DNA from: Raillietiella orientalis
Lineage: Eukaryota
Direction: 5' to 3'
Assembly (NCBI GenBank): GCA_036172245.1
Contig: JAYWIR010000017.1
Coordinates: 3,720,001 to 3,784,000 of the forward strand
DNA: 64,000 nucleotides
The position numbers and the translations under genes were made by a program. The notes below the pieces were generated by a model, which was not told the origin of the DNA, ran no database searches, and saw nothing but the letters and a program-made list of their open reading frames with translations. Shown in pieces: positions 1-12,132 of the stretch; within the stretch, counting starts at the first letter, position 1, and each line of letters starts with the position of its first letter.

Positions 1-35
1 GCAGGAGCCGAGAGCACACGTTGCCACTTTGGGCA

Positions 36-1540
36 TGTTTGTGCTGCGGCTCCCATCTGTTGTTCTAATGGGACGGTTTTCAATGATGGAAGGGGTAAGG
101 GGATGGCCTCTCTCTTCTGCTCCTCCTCCTCCACCTCTGTTCTTCCTCGGAGTTCTTTACGAGGAGAAATCCCGGGAACCAACCTGCATCCTCTCAGCTT
201 CCGGAGCTGATGCATCCTTTCCCTGTGTGAATGCATTCTTCCTCGGTGCCTTGGGTCTTTGGGGGTCGCTTTTTTTTGCTTCCGCGTTTCCGCTGGTGCT
301 TCCCTTCTCCAGGTTGGAGTCGGAAGCCATGCTGCAGCAGCCTCCGCGGGACTGCTCGCAGCCTTTTTTTTTTTTTTTTTTGGAGCCTTTACTTTCGAAG
401 GCGTTGGATTTACCACCTGCTCCGAAGAGACTGCAATAGCGCTACAACGACCTTCGTTGCTATCGATCGGTTCGTCGATCACCCTTTCCATGGCTGCTGA
501 GTGCACAAAATTTTCGATCGCTCCAATCTGAAGCATCGCCTTGCAGTCCTGAGACTGCTTAGCGGTCTCTTTCGCCTTGTGACGACCTTTTTCGTTTGGG
601 GAAAGTTTTTTGCCCTTTCTTTTTTGGATGTTACCACTTGCCATCCCGCTTCATCGGTCATTTCTTCCCCTCTTTTGGAAGTTTGTTCTGATGAAGTCTG
701 GTCCTGCATTGGTGGACATCTTTCTTCCCTCCCTTTAGTTTCCTCTCTTTTCTTCGCTCTGCCTCTTCTCTGGTTTTGGCTCTCGGAACGTCGCGGACGA
801 GTCTTTTTGGGAAACGCAAACTTCATGTGGCTTTTCGATCCACAGCCATGGCAAATAAATTCCGGACAAATCCTCTTCGAGTTTTGCGATGGCTGCAAAA
901 TCTTGGTTTCCCGAGAAACCAGAGATTAACGTAAAGTCCCCCCCTACCCCACGATTTCCATATGATAGGGAAGCTGCTTCCCTTCGTGCACGGTCTTGCG
1001 CTCTGTAGCCAAGCAGTGTCCCTAAACAGTCCCTCATGTCCAGGGAAGAAGTTTGGCTTGTCCCAGTACGCCTGCGTGGACTGTCGTATATTCTTTGAGC
1101 CTGACAGAAGGCTTCACGCTCGTCTATCCGCAGCAGTAAACCTCTCGGGTAGACCACTACTCAGTGGTCCGCCGCCTTGCCCTCAACAGTTACGGGGGTA
1201 TTCAGCAGTCGCTGAGCGAGAGGTGCCTCTTTGCAGGTCAGCCCAACGGTTTCTCCCCTGCTCATCGCAAAAGAGAATCCTTCGAGGTTTCCGTTGCCTG
1301 CGTAACCCCTCCTCGAAGGAACGCTCAATGGGCGCGAACCCTAATCGGTCTACGTTCGTAGAGCAGGGCAGACCGTGGTCCAGGGACACGCAGGCCTCTG
1401 TTTCTTCCCGAGCAATGGGCGAGACAACTTGGTTCCGCGTCCTTGCATCCCCAGGGTTTCCATCGGCGGAAGCGACATCCTCCGACTCCGTCGGGGCTGA
1501 AGGTCAAGTCCTCCCATCGCCCTCACCCTCCATAGCGGCG
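36..1540 (-). mobile_element. Degenerate L1/Tx1-like non-LTR retrotransposon ORF1 (gag-like, ZCCHC3-type RRM plus zinc knuckles); copy C. ORF2 probably continues past the left window edge
   Basis: Minus-strand frames joined across frameshifts give RLLNTPVTVEGK..VVVYPRGLLLRIDE..DMRDCLGTLLGYR..LPYHMEIVG..YVNLWFLGKPRFCSH..RICPEFICHGCGSKSHMKFAFP, followed by a Lys/Glu/Pro-rich tail. This matches the Tx1/ZCCHC3 pattern D-x-x-G-x-x-x-G-x-R...W(Y/F)xGxPxxC...CxxCGxxxH. Multiple stops and frameshifts. Confidence 0.6.
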
Positions 1541-1705
1541 ATGTTTAGCATTCCTGCCACTACGTCCGCAACACCACACAAATTTGGAGAGGAGGGAGGG
1601 GGGGAAGAACGCACCACTCGTTGACTTCGCGGAGCGGCGCGAAACAGTCCTTTACAAGGATTCGAACCCGCGTCGCTTGGTACAACGCGGCTGTTAATGT
1701 AGGCA

Positions 1706-2465
1706 TTTTTTTTTTTCTTTCGTGTAGGGTTTGAGGTCCGCCGCAGAGAGGAGGGGAATCTTTTTCTCTCCCGCTCCCTAATCATAGGTGCACCCCTGGT
1801 TCGAGAGCGGATGGGGTGTTCCTCGGCATCCCAGCGCGCGCCGCTCACTGCTTCTGCCTCTTCCTTCTCAGGACCCTCAGCCTGACCCTGAAGGATCGGA
1901 CGGTGTCCCTAGCGCAATTCGTCCTGAACTACGTGCTGGGAGCAGGCGCGCCATGCTGGAGTTGGACGTTCTGACCTTCCTGTTTAGCTTCACCTCGGTC
2001 CTCAGGGTGCGTATCACAAGCCCAAGCGTTTTGGACACCTCGTCCTCCCGGAGGTCGCGCACAAGCAACATCTTCCTTCGGTCGGAGATCTGGAACACGT
2101 CCGTGTTCCAGGGATCCACGATCTTCTACGGGCAGTCGATGCAAAGCTTCTTCTTGGCCTGGACTCAGCAAAAGGCGCACGAGGCGCTCGGCGACGCCCA
2201 CGTTGGAGACCTCTGCCTCTGCGTGGTGACCAGATTGGCGATCAGCTTGAGCCCCAGATTGCTGCGGTAGGTCCGCATCTCTTCGGTGCTCAGCGTCAGC
2301 AACCCCTCCGCAACGAAGTGCAGCGTCCTCTGCCGCTCCGACTTCTCGTCGGTTAGGAGCGTCTCGCTGGCGACCTCCACGCCCGACTCGGGGCTCGCAA
2401 GCCCCGTGAGCAGCTTCACTCTGAGGATCATCGTCCTGACCCCCTCGATCTTCCTCTTCTCCTGC
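1706..2465 (-). mobile_element. L1/Tx1-like ORF2 C-terminal region (zf-RVT-like), 3' UTR and poly(A) tail; 3' end of copy B
   Basis: One minus frame from ~2465 to 1877 has only two in-frame stops: ..LGLKLIANLVTTQRQRSPTWASPSASCAFC*VQAKKKLCIDCP*KIVDPW.. This resembles the LINE C-terminal 'LxxxxLPTxxRL...SxxCxxC...DCP..W' motif, but the ETxxH part is missing. An A-rich tail (AAAGAAAAAAAAAAA on minus) lies at 1706-1720. Confidence 0.45.
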
Positions 2466-3299
2466 AGGGAGCTCCGTCACCGTCATCTCGGGATCAGTTG
2501 GCCCTGGGAAGTTTTCCCGGGGATTGCCCTCGAGCTTCGGTTTCCTCTGGGGCGAGCTGCAGGGAGCCCTCATCCAGGGACGCGCGGGGCGGCGTTTGTT
2601 CCGCGTGACTCGCATCTCCCCCCCCAATCATCGTCGCCCACCCTTTCCGCTTCCCTCATCTGCTACTCCCCCCATGTGGTGGATTCGAATCCAGATCCGA
2701 AGGTTATGGCCGGGGAAGAAAAGTGGCCGGGAGGTTGGGAGGAGCAGTGGGCCAGGAGGTCGCGGCTCTGAAGAAGGGTCCCAGTTTCCCGAGGAGGCCG
2801 GAAGCTCCGAGGTGCGGGTGGGCCACTTCCGGCAGATGTGGAACCCCGACAGAGGACCGTCGTGCGGAGGCTCTGCGGTGGGTCCCGCATTTTCCCGCTG
2901 AACTCGCCCGAGGTCAATTAGAGAGGCGTAGCTCCACGAGGGTAGCAGGGGTAGTGACCAATAGATCTTCTGAGAAAGGGAGGCGAGAAAGAAGGTCCTT
3001 CGGGAAAGAGGCCATTTGGACCCAACTGGAGGAGCTCTCCTCCTGCCTTCCCGGGGTAAAAAAGTCAATGGGGTCATTTCTGGTCCCGCGCGGCACCCGG
3101 ATGGGGGGAGGAGGGGAAGGAGGAAAGACCGGAGCAGGATGACACCACTGGCAGCAGCCGTCTGTCGTCCTCTCCATCACCACCGGCATCAGAGCACCTC
3201 CAGCGGTGTTCCTCCACAAAAAAGCCCATCAGGTCATCTCCTTCACAGTCCTCGCCACGGAAGAGGGAGGGAGGGATGACCGCCCCACCCTCGCCCTCG

Positions 3300-3800
3300 A
3301 TTCTCGAGCAGAGTGTGTGAACAACGGGATTTGAGGGGAACGCTTTTTCCCGTAATCTCACAGCGGAGGTTCTCCCAGCGTTCCTGGCGATTCCCTTCCC
3401 TCCTTCGGACACCACTCGTACCAATGCGGAAGTGAACGCTTCAAGAGCTGTTCCCTTCCTTTTTGGCAGCAAACTCTTCCTCGAGCGGGTTGCCTTTGTA
3501 GCAGTGGAGGATTTTTTCACCCATCCTCTTTGGGTTGCGAGGACGAGTGGCTGGGGCTGTGGACACCTCCAGGATCGCTTCTACCCGGCCCCTCCCCTCC
3601 CCGAAGAGCCCTTCAAAGAGACTAGGTTGGATGTAGATGAGTGCTGAGACTCTCTCACACTTTTTGAGCCGCAGGACCTCCTGGAGAGACAGATGGGATG
3701 TGCGCCTCCCTTCCCGCTGCTCTCCTGCAGCCTCCTGACTCAGATCCGCCTCCCCTTCCTTCTTGAGCAGCAACGGATCCTGAGGGAGCTCTCAGTAGAT
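3300..3800 (-). mobile_element. Degenerate APE-endonuclease-like segment of a LINE ORF2 (copy B)
   Basis: Minus frame ..RTSHLSLQEVLR...GEGRGRVEAILEV...GEKILHCYKGNP.. has weak matches, in the expected order, to the APE motifs LQE, GVAIL and NxYAPN. Confidence 0.35.
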
Positions 3801-4799
3801 AGGCCTAAAGACCTTTACCTTCCGAGGGTGCTATTCCAGGGTGCTCAGCCCGCTCCCGACCTCAGGCACATCTCAGTATTAACTCGGAACACCGGACAGG
3901 TCGGGACGCGCGCGCCCTTCTTGCGCGAGTCGCTATGGGAACTTAATGCCACTCATGGGGTTTTTGAAAACCATCGAGACCCTCTTACTACCTCCTCTCC
4001 ATGGCAGGGGACCCTCTCACCGATCCCTCTTTCACCTTCTCCTGCTCTCCTCCCTCCCTTGCACTAGCAGACGCTGCCGAAACTTCTCGGGAATTTTTCG
4101 GAAACATTCAGAGAATTCCAGTTTCCGAGAAAAGAATCAGAAGAGAAGATGGGAACGCGTCGGACCAGAGCATCCAGGATGCTACGTTAATAGATGTGTC
4201 GGCAGGCTTGGGTGGCGCTGACTGTGGATTCTGCAGGAGTCCTATCGACTTCTGCGGAAGTGAAGAAGATGAGGAAGAGTCGCGGACTCATCCGTGATGG
4301 TCTCCTCCTCCGGGCAGAGGACAACAAGAACCTCTTCCCTGCTTACAAGGCCGCGAGAGAGCGCGTGGACATGCTTCGAGGACGAAATTCCAAGAGTGGG
4401 TCGTGAAGAGGAAGAAAGATGAGGAAGCTCCAGGTAATCAAATGTCACATCACTTCAAGGGCAAGCGGAACATCTAGAAAAGGAGGAACATCTCCAAGTT
4501 GTCGACTTTCCAGCTGCGGGAAATTGGAAGAAGTAAGGGAATCGAAAAGCAGCGGCGGGATCGCGAAGCTTTTTGATGGAAGACGAGACTGGGGTGGAGG
4601 AGAAGGGAAGCGGCAGAGTAGCGCCCTCGCGATCGCGGACAGCGAAGGGTCCTCTTCGTCCTTCGTTGCGTAGAGATGTCTGTCCCGTCGGAAGAAAAGC
4701 AAGAATTGGAGCGGGCACTCCAGATAGGAAGAGGGACTCCAGGGTTCAACCCGGAATCCCTCCAGGGTGGCAGAGGTGAGAGCGCTCCGGGGCATCCGA

Positions 4800-5600
4800 G
4801 CGGGTAAAAGGGATCACTCTTCTAGTTGCCTCCTTCCCCCCCTTCCTTGCTGCTGAGAGGGTACCCTCGTAAAGATTTGTCTGTATCGATGTTGTCGAGG
4901 ATGGCCTTGAACGCTTCCTGCTCGACTGCACAACTTTCGCTTACTTGGTCTGCCCGCAGCCTTAAACCAGGTCCGCACAGTAAACAGTCTGATTTCCACG
5001 CTCTCCCTGAAACAGTGCTTTGTACGAGGAAGGGACGTTCCTGCAATCCCATCGGTTGTGATTGACGCACAAAAAGCATTTGACAGCTGGACCTGCTACT
5101 TAGCCTTCTGGTCTTCCTGGACACTTTGAAGACGTATTCGTTCTCCACAGGGAGCCATACACTCGTCAGAATTTCGTCAATGTACGTGGCTGTGATGTGT
5201 ACGAAGTGCCAGTATGGAGTTAGTTACGCCACATGCATGGGCTGTCTCCTCGCCTCGATCTGATGTCTGCAGCGCCTATTTGGAACTGGTTCTGAAATGG
5301 TACAGGAAGACTAGGGTCTCTCCGTGATTCTGCCTCTTCACGCCTTCTGCTATTTCTGTACGGGGTATCCCAGTGCGATCGGCGCAAACACCTGGTTTCC
5401 AGGGTAGTTGCCTCCCCGAACTGTCTACGGTGCGGAGCGATGGAATCGCTCCCGCACCTCTTGCTGGACAGCAGTGCCCTGCAGGACTTGTGGCGGAGAT
5501 TCCCTACGGTACTCCGTTGACCCCAGGACACTGCCGCAAACCTGCTGATGTGGTTCTTCACCGGAGGCGGACTGGAGAAAGGCGCTGTGATTTCACACCC
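4800..5600 (-). mobile_element. Second degenerate L1/Tx1-like ORF1 (copy B)
   Basis: Minus frames give LTPYWHFVHITATYIDEILTSVWL.., then after a frameshift VRTWFKAAGRPSKRKLCSRAGSVQGHPRQH (decayed W-F-x-G-x-P...C-x2-C-x4-H knuckle). It shares the IDE and WF..G.P..C landmarks with the ORF1 at 36-1540. Confidence 0.4.
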
Positions 5601-5729
5601 TGGTGCGCCGGGACGTTTATTCTCTTACAGGAATCGATGGAGACGATGGTCCACCAATTCCAATTGTTACACTAAAAAGTAGGGGAGGAGCCGGAGAGTT
5701 CCATCACGTCCAAGAAGGGGAAGGGGTAT

Positions 5730-7230
5730 GAAACAAATATATAAAATGAAAGAAACTATAACAAGGAACCAAAAAAAAAAACAATAAAAAAACAAAAATT
5801 AGTTGGAGGGAAGGGAAGGGATCACATTTCGTGGTGGGTGAGGCCTTTGCATCCGTTGAAGGATGCCGGCTGAGCTCCTCCTCCTCCCTTTCCAGGTGAA
5901 GCCACCTCAAAGCTATCTGCAGGAAGCGGATGGCATGCAGGACAGTACCTCCGTCGCTTCGGCCTCCCTCGGCGTCGCACTACGCCGCGACGACACCGCG
6001 CACGCAGCACAGAGCTGCGATTGCGGCTGCAGGCGTCATGGCGTCCCGCACGAAGAGGGACCTCAAAGAGTCTCTGGGATAGTCCATGGGATGCGGAAGG
6101 AAAGCAGAGAAACGTTCCCACAATTCCCAGAGGGCGACACACTGCACTATCAGGTGGGGGAAAGTCTCCTTCTCTCCACATTTGGCCCAGTTCGGCGATG
6201 CGCTTTCCCTCGTCCAGTGGTGCCGGCGCTCATTGCACGGAAGACCCCAGTGCAGCATCAGCAGCACCGATTGCTGCCACTTGAGAGGAAGAAGCTTCCT
6301 GTCTAGGAACACGGGGGCACTTCCAACTCTTCGAGCTGACTGGAGAAGAGTTCGCCCCAACGTTCCATTCCTTTGGAGACAGTTCTTGCTGTTGCCGCTC
6401 CAGCCAGCTCACGCGGTGTCCAGCCACTGATAGGCTTCCTGCGGGCCGAGATCTCGCAGGAAACCTCCCACTTCGCCGGTAGGCAGGTGCCATGTATCTC
6501 GATAGCGGAGGACACCGCTGCTGCGAAAGGGGTGGGTGGCTGCTGGGTAGGCTAACATGGTCAGCTCACTACCCACCGCCTCCAGTGTTCTTCCGCTGTT
6601 CTTCTGAAACTGTCGACAGCGGATAACTTCCGACAGGGCCTGAGTGGTCTGGACTCACATCTTTACTTTCTCCTGCCGCCAGGCCGGAGTATTTGCAGGG
6701 AAGCAGCGAGTCCACGGGTTTGTCACTGTTCTCACCAGAGCAGCGACACACCGGAGGGAAGCCGCAGGATGGGAGCCGACGGTGGTGACACGCAAATAGG
6801 GTTGCGAGTCCTTCGCCACCGACCGCCAGCCGGGAGAGCAAACGTGCAGGGGCGCACCAATTGATGGCCCAGTTCTGTGTTACGGAGACCAGTCTTCAAA
6901 GGTTCAACTGAACTTCCATGAGCTCCAACGTCAGGAGTCCAAGTCCTCCGTCGCGATAAGGAGCACACAAGTCTTTTAATCGGATTCGGGACCTTCCATT
7001 GCCCCAGAGGGCTTTTCGAAGGAGTTTCTTCGTCCGTTTTACCACATCGAGGGGAGCGGGGCACACGAAAAGCAGAGGTGGTAGGACGGGGGCAACAAAA
7101 GTGTTTCAAAGGCGCTGTGCAATCTGTTGCATCCGCGCCATAGTGACAGCCCGCCATGTATTAGAAGCAAGTTCGCGAAGAGAGGCCACCAGCATGGCAG
7201 TAGCCCTCATTAGGGCAACCGCAAGGTGAC
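5730..7230 (-). mobile_element. L1/Tx1-like ORF2 3' half (post-RT region and zf-RVT) with T-rich 3' UTR; copy A
   Basis: KALWGNGRSRIRLKDLCAPYRDGGLGLL (~7030-6930) is the typical L1-clade 'FLW..RI..L..P..GGLG' motif. LLPLKWQQSVLLMLHWGLPCNERRHHWTRESASPNWAKCGEKETFPHLIVQC..W (~6300-6110) is a zf-RVT. Stops are present. Confidence 0.8.
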
Positions 7231-10099
7231 CAGAGTCTCCTGGGAGGTCGTCACCATTCTAAGTCGCTAGAAGTAATGAAACGTTCTATATCAAAGATCT
7301 CTGTCTCTCTTATACCCTCTTTTTTTATTTATTTCTTGTCCGTTCCCTCCGTTTCCTACTTTTCGGAAACCGGCCTGCGTGCCCGTGATCATCCCTCATG
7401 AACTTCTTTTTGGGGGGAGGGAAGGCTTTTTTTTTTTTTTTTGAGGGGGAACTCTTTTTCCTCTCAAACTTGTGATTTGTTTTGTTTTTGCAAGATAAAC
7501 GTCCCGGCGTGACCGGGTCAAAACCTCTTCACGCTGGACGCCGGAGCCTCCGCTATTGACCTGCCCCAACTGTTTGTCCATGGGCATTCGTCGATGTCCC
7601 TTGGATTCTTTTCCAAGCCGATTCTCTGGGCAGCAGTCATGTGTGTTAACGGTCGACCCAGCTGAAGAAACGTAAGTAAGCTGGCAGTCGAAGCGGATCC
7701 TATGGGTATAACAAGAAGGATCCGCTTCGACTGCACCTTCAAATACCTATGGCATCCAAGGGGCACTTCAGCGTTGAGGAACCGTGGCTTTGGCTGCTTA
7801 AAAAAGTAAATGCACTGATCTGTTCTCTAGTGTCAGGTTTCTTCTGTCCTTGCGAATCGCCAAGCAGACGCTCTCATTTCCCCCGCCTTCCATGCCTTCT
7901 GAGGTGAAGAGCCAAGAGAAAATGGCCCTACACGGAGCAGTTCTCTAGAGCTTCGCACGGCCGAAAGTTGGGTTGAAAGCCAACTTACGGCCCCAGCTCC
8001 AAGGGATGACAATGGCGGGAAGAGGCTTCTAGAACGCAAGAGCGCATGCAATATTCCAAGAGCTGTAGCCCACGGCGCCGTCTCTGTAACAAACACTGGT
8101 GCCGCAGAGTGTGGTACTCCACAGGGAGCCCTATTGTGAGTGGGTAATTGTGAAGGGCTGGCGTCCGTCCTTCCCGCAACTGCGACCGATTGAAACCTTC
8201 AGGTTTTCCCCTCGGTAGGGTAGAACCTCCGGATGCCTTTCCTTTCTGAAACTTATGGCGGCATCAGAAAGTGGTTGAAACGGGAAGCACGTGGCGCATG
8301 TTAGCCCAACGGTGCTCAGCCGCTGAACTGATATCCGTCGTCCATGCTGGCGTTGCTACATTGCGCGGCAAGCCGCGAACGTTGCTCCAACATAGCACAG
8401 CATCTTCAGCGATCCGGAAATTCAAAGTCCTTCCGGAATCGAGGACAGCCACAAAATATACTGAGGAGATTCTTACGGATGCAAGAGCTTGCTGTTACCC
8501 ATCGATATCGATGACCACTAGGGAGAAACCCTCAGCCTGACAGCAGATGCGAGAGCGATTCTGACCCGTACCGGGCACAACTCGGAGTGCGTTCCCTCTT
8601 GTCCTCGTTCCAGTGGTGCTTGAGTTATTGCTCTGGAAGTCCCGGTACAACAAGAACGTCGTCTAGTGATGCCGCCAGAGGAGAAGCACTGATCCATCAA
8701 GGAGAATAGAGAGGATCACTAGTTCATCCAGGAGGATTTCAAGATCGTTTTTGTCCACTAGTACAGTTCTGAAGTACGCAACACGGTGCCGCGGCTTCCG
8801 AAAATTCACATGCCGAACAGCCACTTATCTCTTTAATGACTCCTAATATGTTGCAGGAAACCTCATCCTCATCCAATTGGCTACTGTCATCGCACTCTCT
8901 CTGAGAGAGCACATGATGCTACTGCTAGGGGGTCGATATCTATAGAAGATGATATCACTATTCCGAGGCACTGGACAGGACAAAGCAGCTTCGAGACGGT
9001 CTACGGAATCCGTGCCCAGGTATCTACAGCCTCTAGCTGCCATGGATCGTAATCCACGGGCAGGCAAGACACCAGACAGTATATTCTTACGCATGTTGCT
9101 TCGCTGCTGTTGGCTAAGGGTTGCATCTGTGCCCGCTTTTCAAGGACTAAGAGTGTCCCCTAGTGGGGGCTTCTGTATTTACCTCAGCGGTTCGAAACCC
9201 TCGACGCAATGCCCCGACGCTGGAAGTGTCCGTTGCTGCACTTGGTGGATCATTGTCGGCTATGTATCTCGCTCTTGCTCTTGAATCTTGGTAAATCTTC
9301 TGCAGACTCGACCACCTAGATCTGAGCTGGGCCGTTTGGAAGAATTGCAAGCATGTGCGTTTAGTGGACGACATCACCTTCTTTCTGTGCTGGTCCGTTT
9401 GCATTCTTAGAGTTTCCATGTCTTGTAGAGTTTCCTCGTTCTTGAAGACCTAACGAGCTGATAGTAATCGCGTGAGCTCATGCTAGGGTTCCTGAAAGCA
9501 AACAGGGAAGTACAAGGTTCCAGCATTTTTCCTTGCGCACCTTCTTGGAGCGTGCTGACGGCGTGGTTCCGAGTGGGCAGCTTGCGTCGCGTGTGTTGAT
9601 GCAGTTCCCTTTTCGCGGGACAAATGAGGTCGCAACGGAGACTCCATACCTGGGCCACTTTCTCGGTGGACGGGATGTCTCAAAGTTCGTGCATCGTCGC
9701 CTTCTTGACTCAGTCGACCGAGGAATCGCGCGGTCTGATGTGGAGGTGGAGGCGCCTTGCTTAGTTATTTAAGACATGCATCAACGTTTCACTTCATTTC
9801 TGGTATCGAAGGCAAGAACGATCGATTTGTTTCCGATTCGGTGATCGAGTAAGCAGATAATTAAGACGTGCGTTTCTGTGTTAACCTGTGTTTTTTTCCC
9901 TTAGCACCTCCCATCTGACATCCTCAGAAGGGCGCAAAAAGGAAACGCATGCAGCTCTTGGTCGATCAGTCAGATGAACCAGTCAGTGCGCTTCGCACGT
10001 CCGAGGTGCCGCACACAGACGGCGGAAGTGCTCCATTCTTGGATTTTAGGCAACTGATGGTCAAGGGAACATGCTGCTCCAGAAGCAGTTTCTTCTTGA

Positions 10100-11270
10100 G
10101 CCTAAAGTTCCCACGTTCACAGATCAGGACTGCTTTCCTATGTCACCATCCCAGATGGTGCTTCTACCACTGATCCCGCTTGCAGAAAACCATCCTAGAA
10201 TTGACTACTCTGTTCTATTCCCTTCAGTTCCACACCAAACAACGTTCTTTCTTGTCCTCTTCCCATTAAAGAGAACTCATCTCCGCGAACCATCGGCTTC
10301 TACGTGATGGAACAAAGAGTCTTTTGAAGCACTCTCAGATTCTGTGCAAAATTTTGCGGTTTACCTAGTGCTAAATGAGGTGTCTGCTAAGATGAATTTC
10401 CATGTGATCCCAAGGAACCTTATATTCCCCTTGAATTTGTTTTCGAGGTTTCTATTGACTACAGCACCTGGCTTTATGCAGAGACCGAGCAAAGACACCA
10501 AGACATACCCAAACCAGAAGCAGGGATGAGAGGTCACTTCGAATCACCTGCGCAGAGACCCAGTTGTATCCTGAGCACCATCCACTACCATCATCCCCGG
10601 GATGCCGAAAGTTCCTTTACTTCCCTTCCCTCCCTCTTCCTCAGGCTATCTCAGGATCGTCATCTTCAACCGTAGAGACCGCGGAGACTTTTGAAGCTCT
10701 TCCGATTGTTCTAATTGAGATGTTCCGGGAAACCTGCATTTTTCAACTCTCTTCTCATATCTGCGCTAACAAGGAGCTCTCTCCATTTCCTGGTAGCCTC
10801 CGGTAAAGTCAGTCGCGAAGGCTGGCTCGCCATCAAGACAAAAGCATAGTCGAATCATTGTTCTGGACTTCCGCTTACCTTCCGGAAATACGGCAGCGGA
10901 GATCAGTAAAGACTCAGAAGATAATAGGAAATACCCATGTTTTACTCTGCAACAGTCCGCTACTCGGGCGCTGGAATTCCACTATCAAGAATGGTGGGAT
11001 TCCTTTAGCTCCGATACTCAAAAAATGATGAGGTGCTAAGGGAAAGCTGAAAGTCTCCCTCTGCATGCGGAGAAAATGATGAACCTGATGGCTTCCTCTA
11101 AAATCTAAAACATCGGATCTAAAAAGGACGGAGGTCCAGCTCCACTTTCTGAGCTTCCGATGGAGTGTTATCCATCCCTGGATCACCACGATGTCGGCAA
11201 TCCTCCTCGATAAGGAAGCTGGCAGTATTCCATCTCTCTCAGTCAAAAGTTGAGTCAGTGCTCCCATCTG
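10100..11270 (-). mobile_element. Heavily decayed L1-like reverse transcriptase region
   Basis: Motifs occur in canonical order across frameshifts: DPGMDNTPSE (like SPGxDGxPxE), FQRPSSGLLQSK (like WRPISLL), ISGR..NN, LLVSADM..LKNAGFPE, NIRFLGITW (like IKYLGI), FSLMGR (like LSxxGR), TIWDG (like FIWxG). No intact YADD. Confidence 0.5.
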
Positions 11271-12069
11271 TTTTCAGCATCCATAACCGACGACGCACGC
11301 AGTTCACCACTTGGACTGATAGTATGATGGTCCAAATCTTGATTGGAGTGAATCACTCTTTGCATTTGTTTCATCGCTTACAATATTCTTCCTAGGCAAA
11401 TCTATTCACTTGGTCAAGCTTCTAGAACCTCGTCCACCTGTTCTTGTCGACGTCTTCCGAGTACGCGTTGGGCTACCATCCAGCAGCGTTGCAAAGGCAT
11501 CTTAGCGCGCTACGAGGATCAGATAAGAAATCCGCACCTATCCTTCTCCAAAAGAGAAAGCGAAATGGAAATGATCCGTTCCCCTGGGATGCAAGCAGCG
11601 AGTCTTTTCGAAACCTCAGTGGTCTTGACGCGCACGTGTCTTTCTTGCTTGCCTCGAGTTCCTCAAGCGTCCTTGTAGGTCTGGAGAATCGCTCCGGTGA
11701 ATGCAACCTTCGACACTTCGCATTATTAGCATTTCGACTGTCAACATTTTTTTTCTTTTTTACTCCTTCTGTTGTTACTGAGACCGTCACTTCTTATCAA
11801 AGTAATAGCTATCAAGGAGAAGTTGCAAACGAACCGCAGTTGCTCAACCGGCCAAGATTGGACACAGGCATAGCCGTAAGAAAAAAAAAACACAATCATT
11901 GGCAGTTGGTGCAAAAAAGAAGGGTCGCTGTTTCTTGGGCACGAGATCGAATTCACGAACCGATGGCAGCAGCAGCGGCGGCGGCAGATATAATCCCGAA
12001 AAAAATTCCCAGCTCTCCTGAAAATCTTGCTACTGCCGCCGATGTTAAAGAAGAATGCAAAGGGGGAAA

Positions 12070-12132
12070 AAAATGGATTTCTGCTGGAGAGACGACTTTT
12101 TAAAAGTCGTCTCTCTAGCAGAAATCCATTTT
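12070..12132. repeat. 63-bp near-perfect palindrome (31-bp arms, 1-nt centre, 1 mismatch)
   Basis: AAAATGGATTTCTGCTGGAGAGACGACTTTT-T-AAAAGTCGTCTCTCTAGCAGAAATCCATTTT. ORFs on both strands translate as NGFLLERRL(F/L)KSRLSSRNPF. Confidence 0.97.

Noticed and set aside
1640..1705. tRNA gene
   Set aside because: Only a B-box is present; the T-stem is broken and there is no A-box, anticodon arm or acceptor stem.
1877..2465. Stop-codon reassignment or readthrough explaining in-frame TGA/TAG
   Set aside because: AP3D1 ends in TGA and EAF in TAG as normal stops; C-to-T decay of CGA/CAG in a dead element is the simpler explanation.
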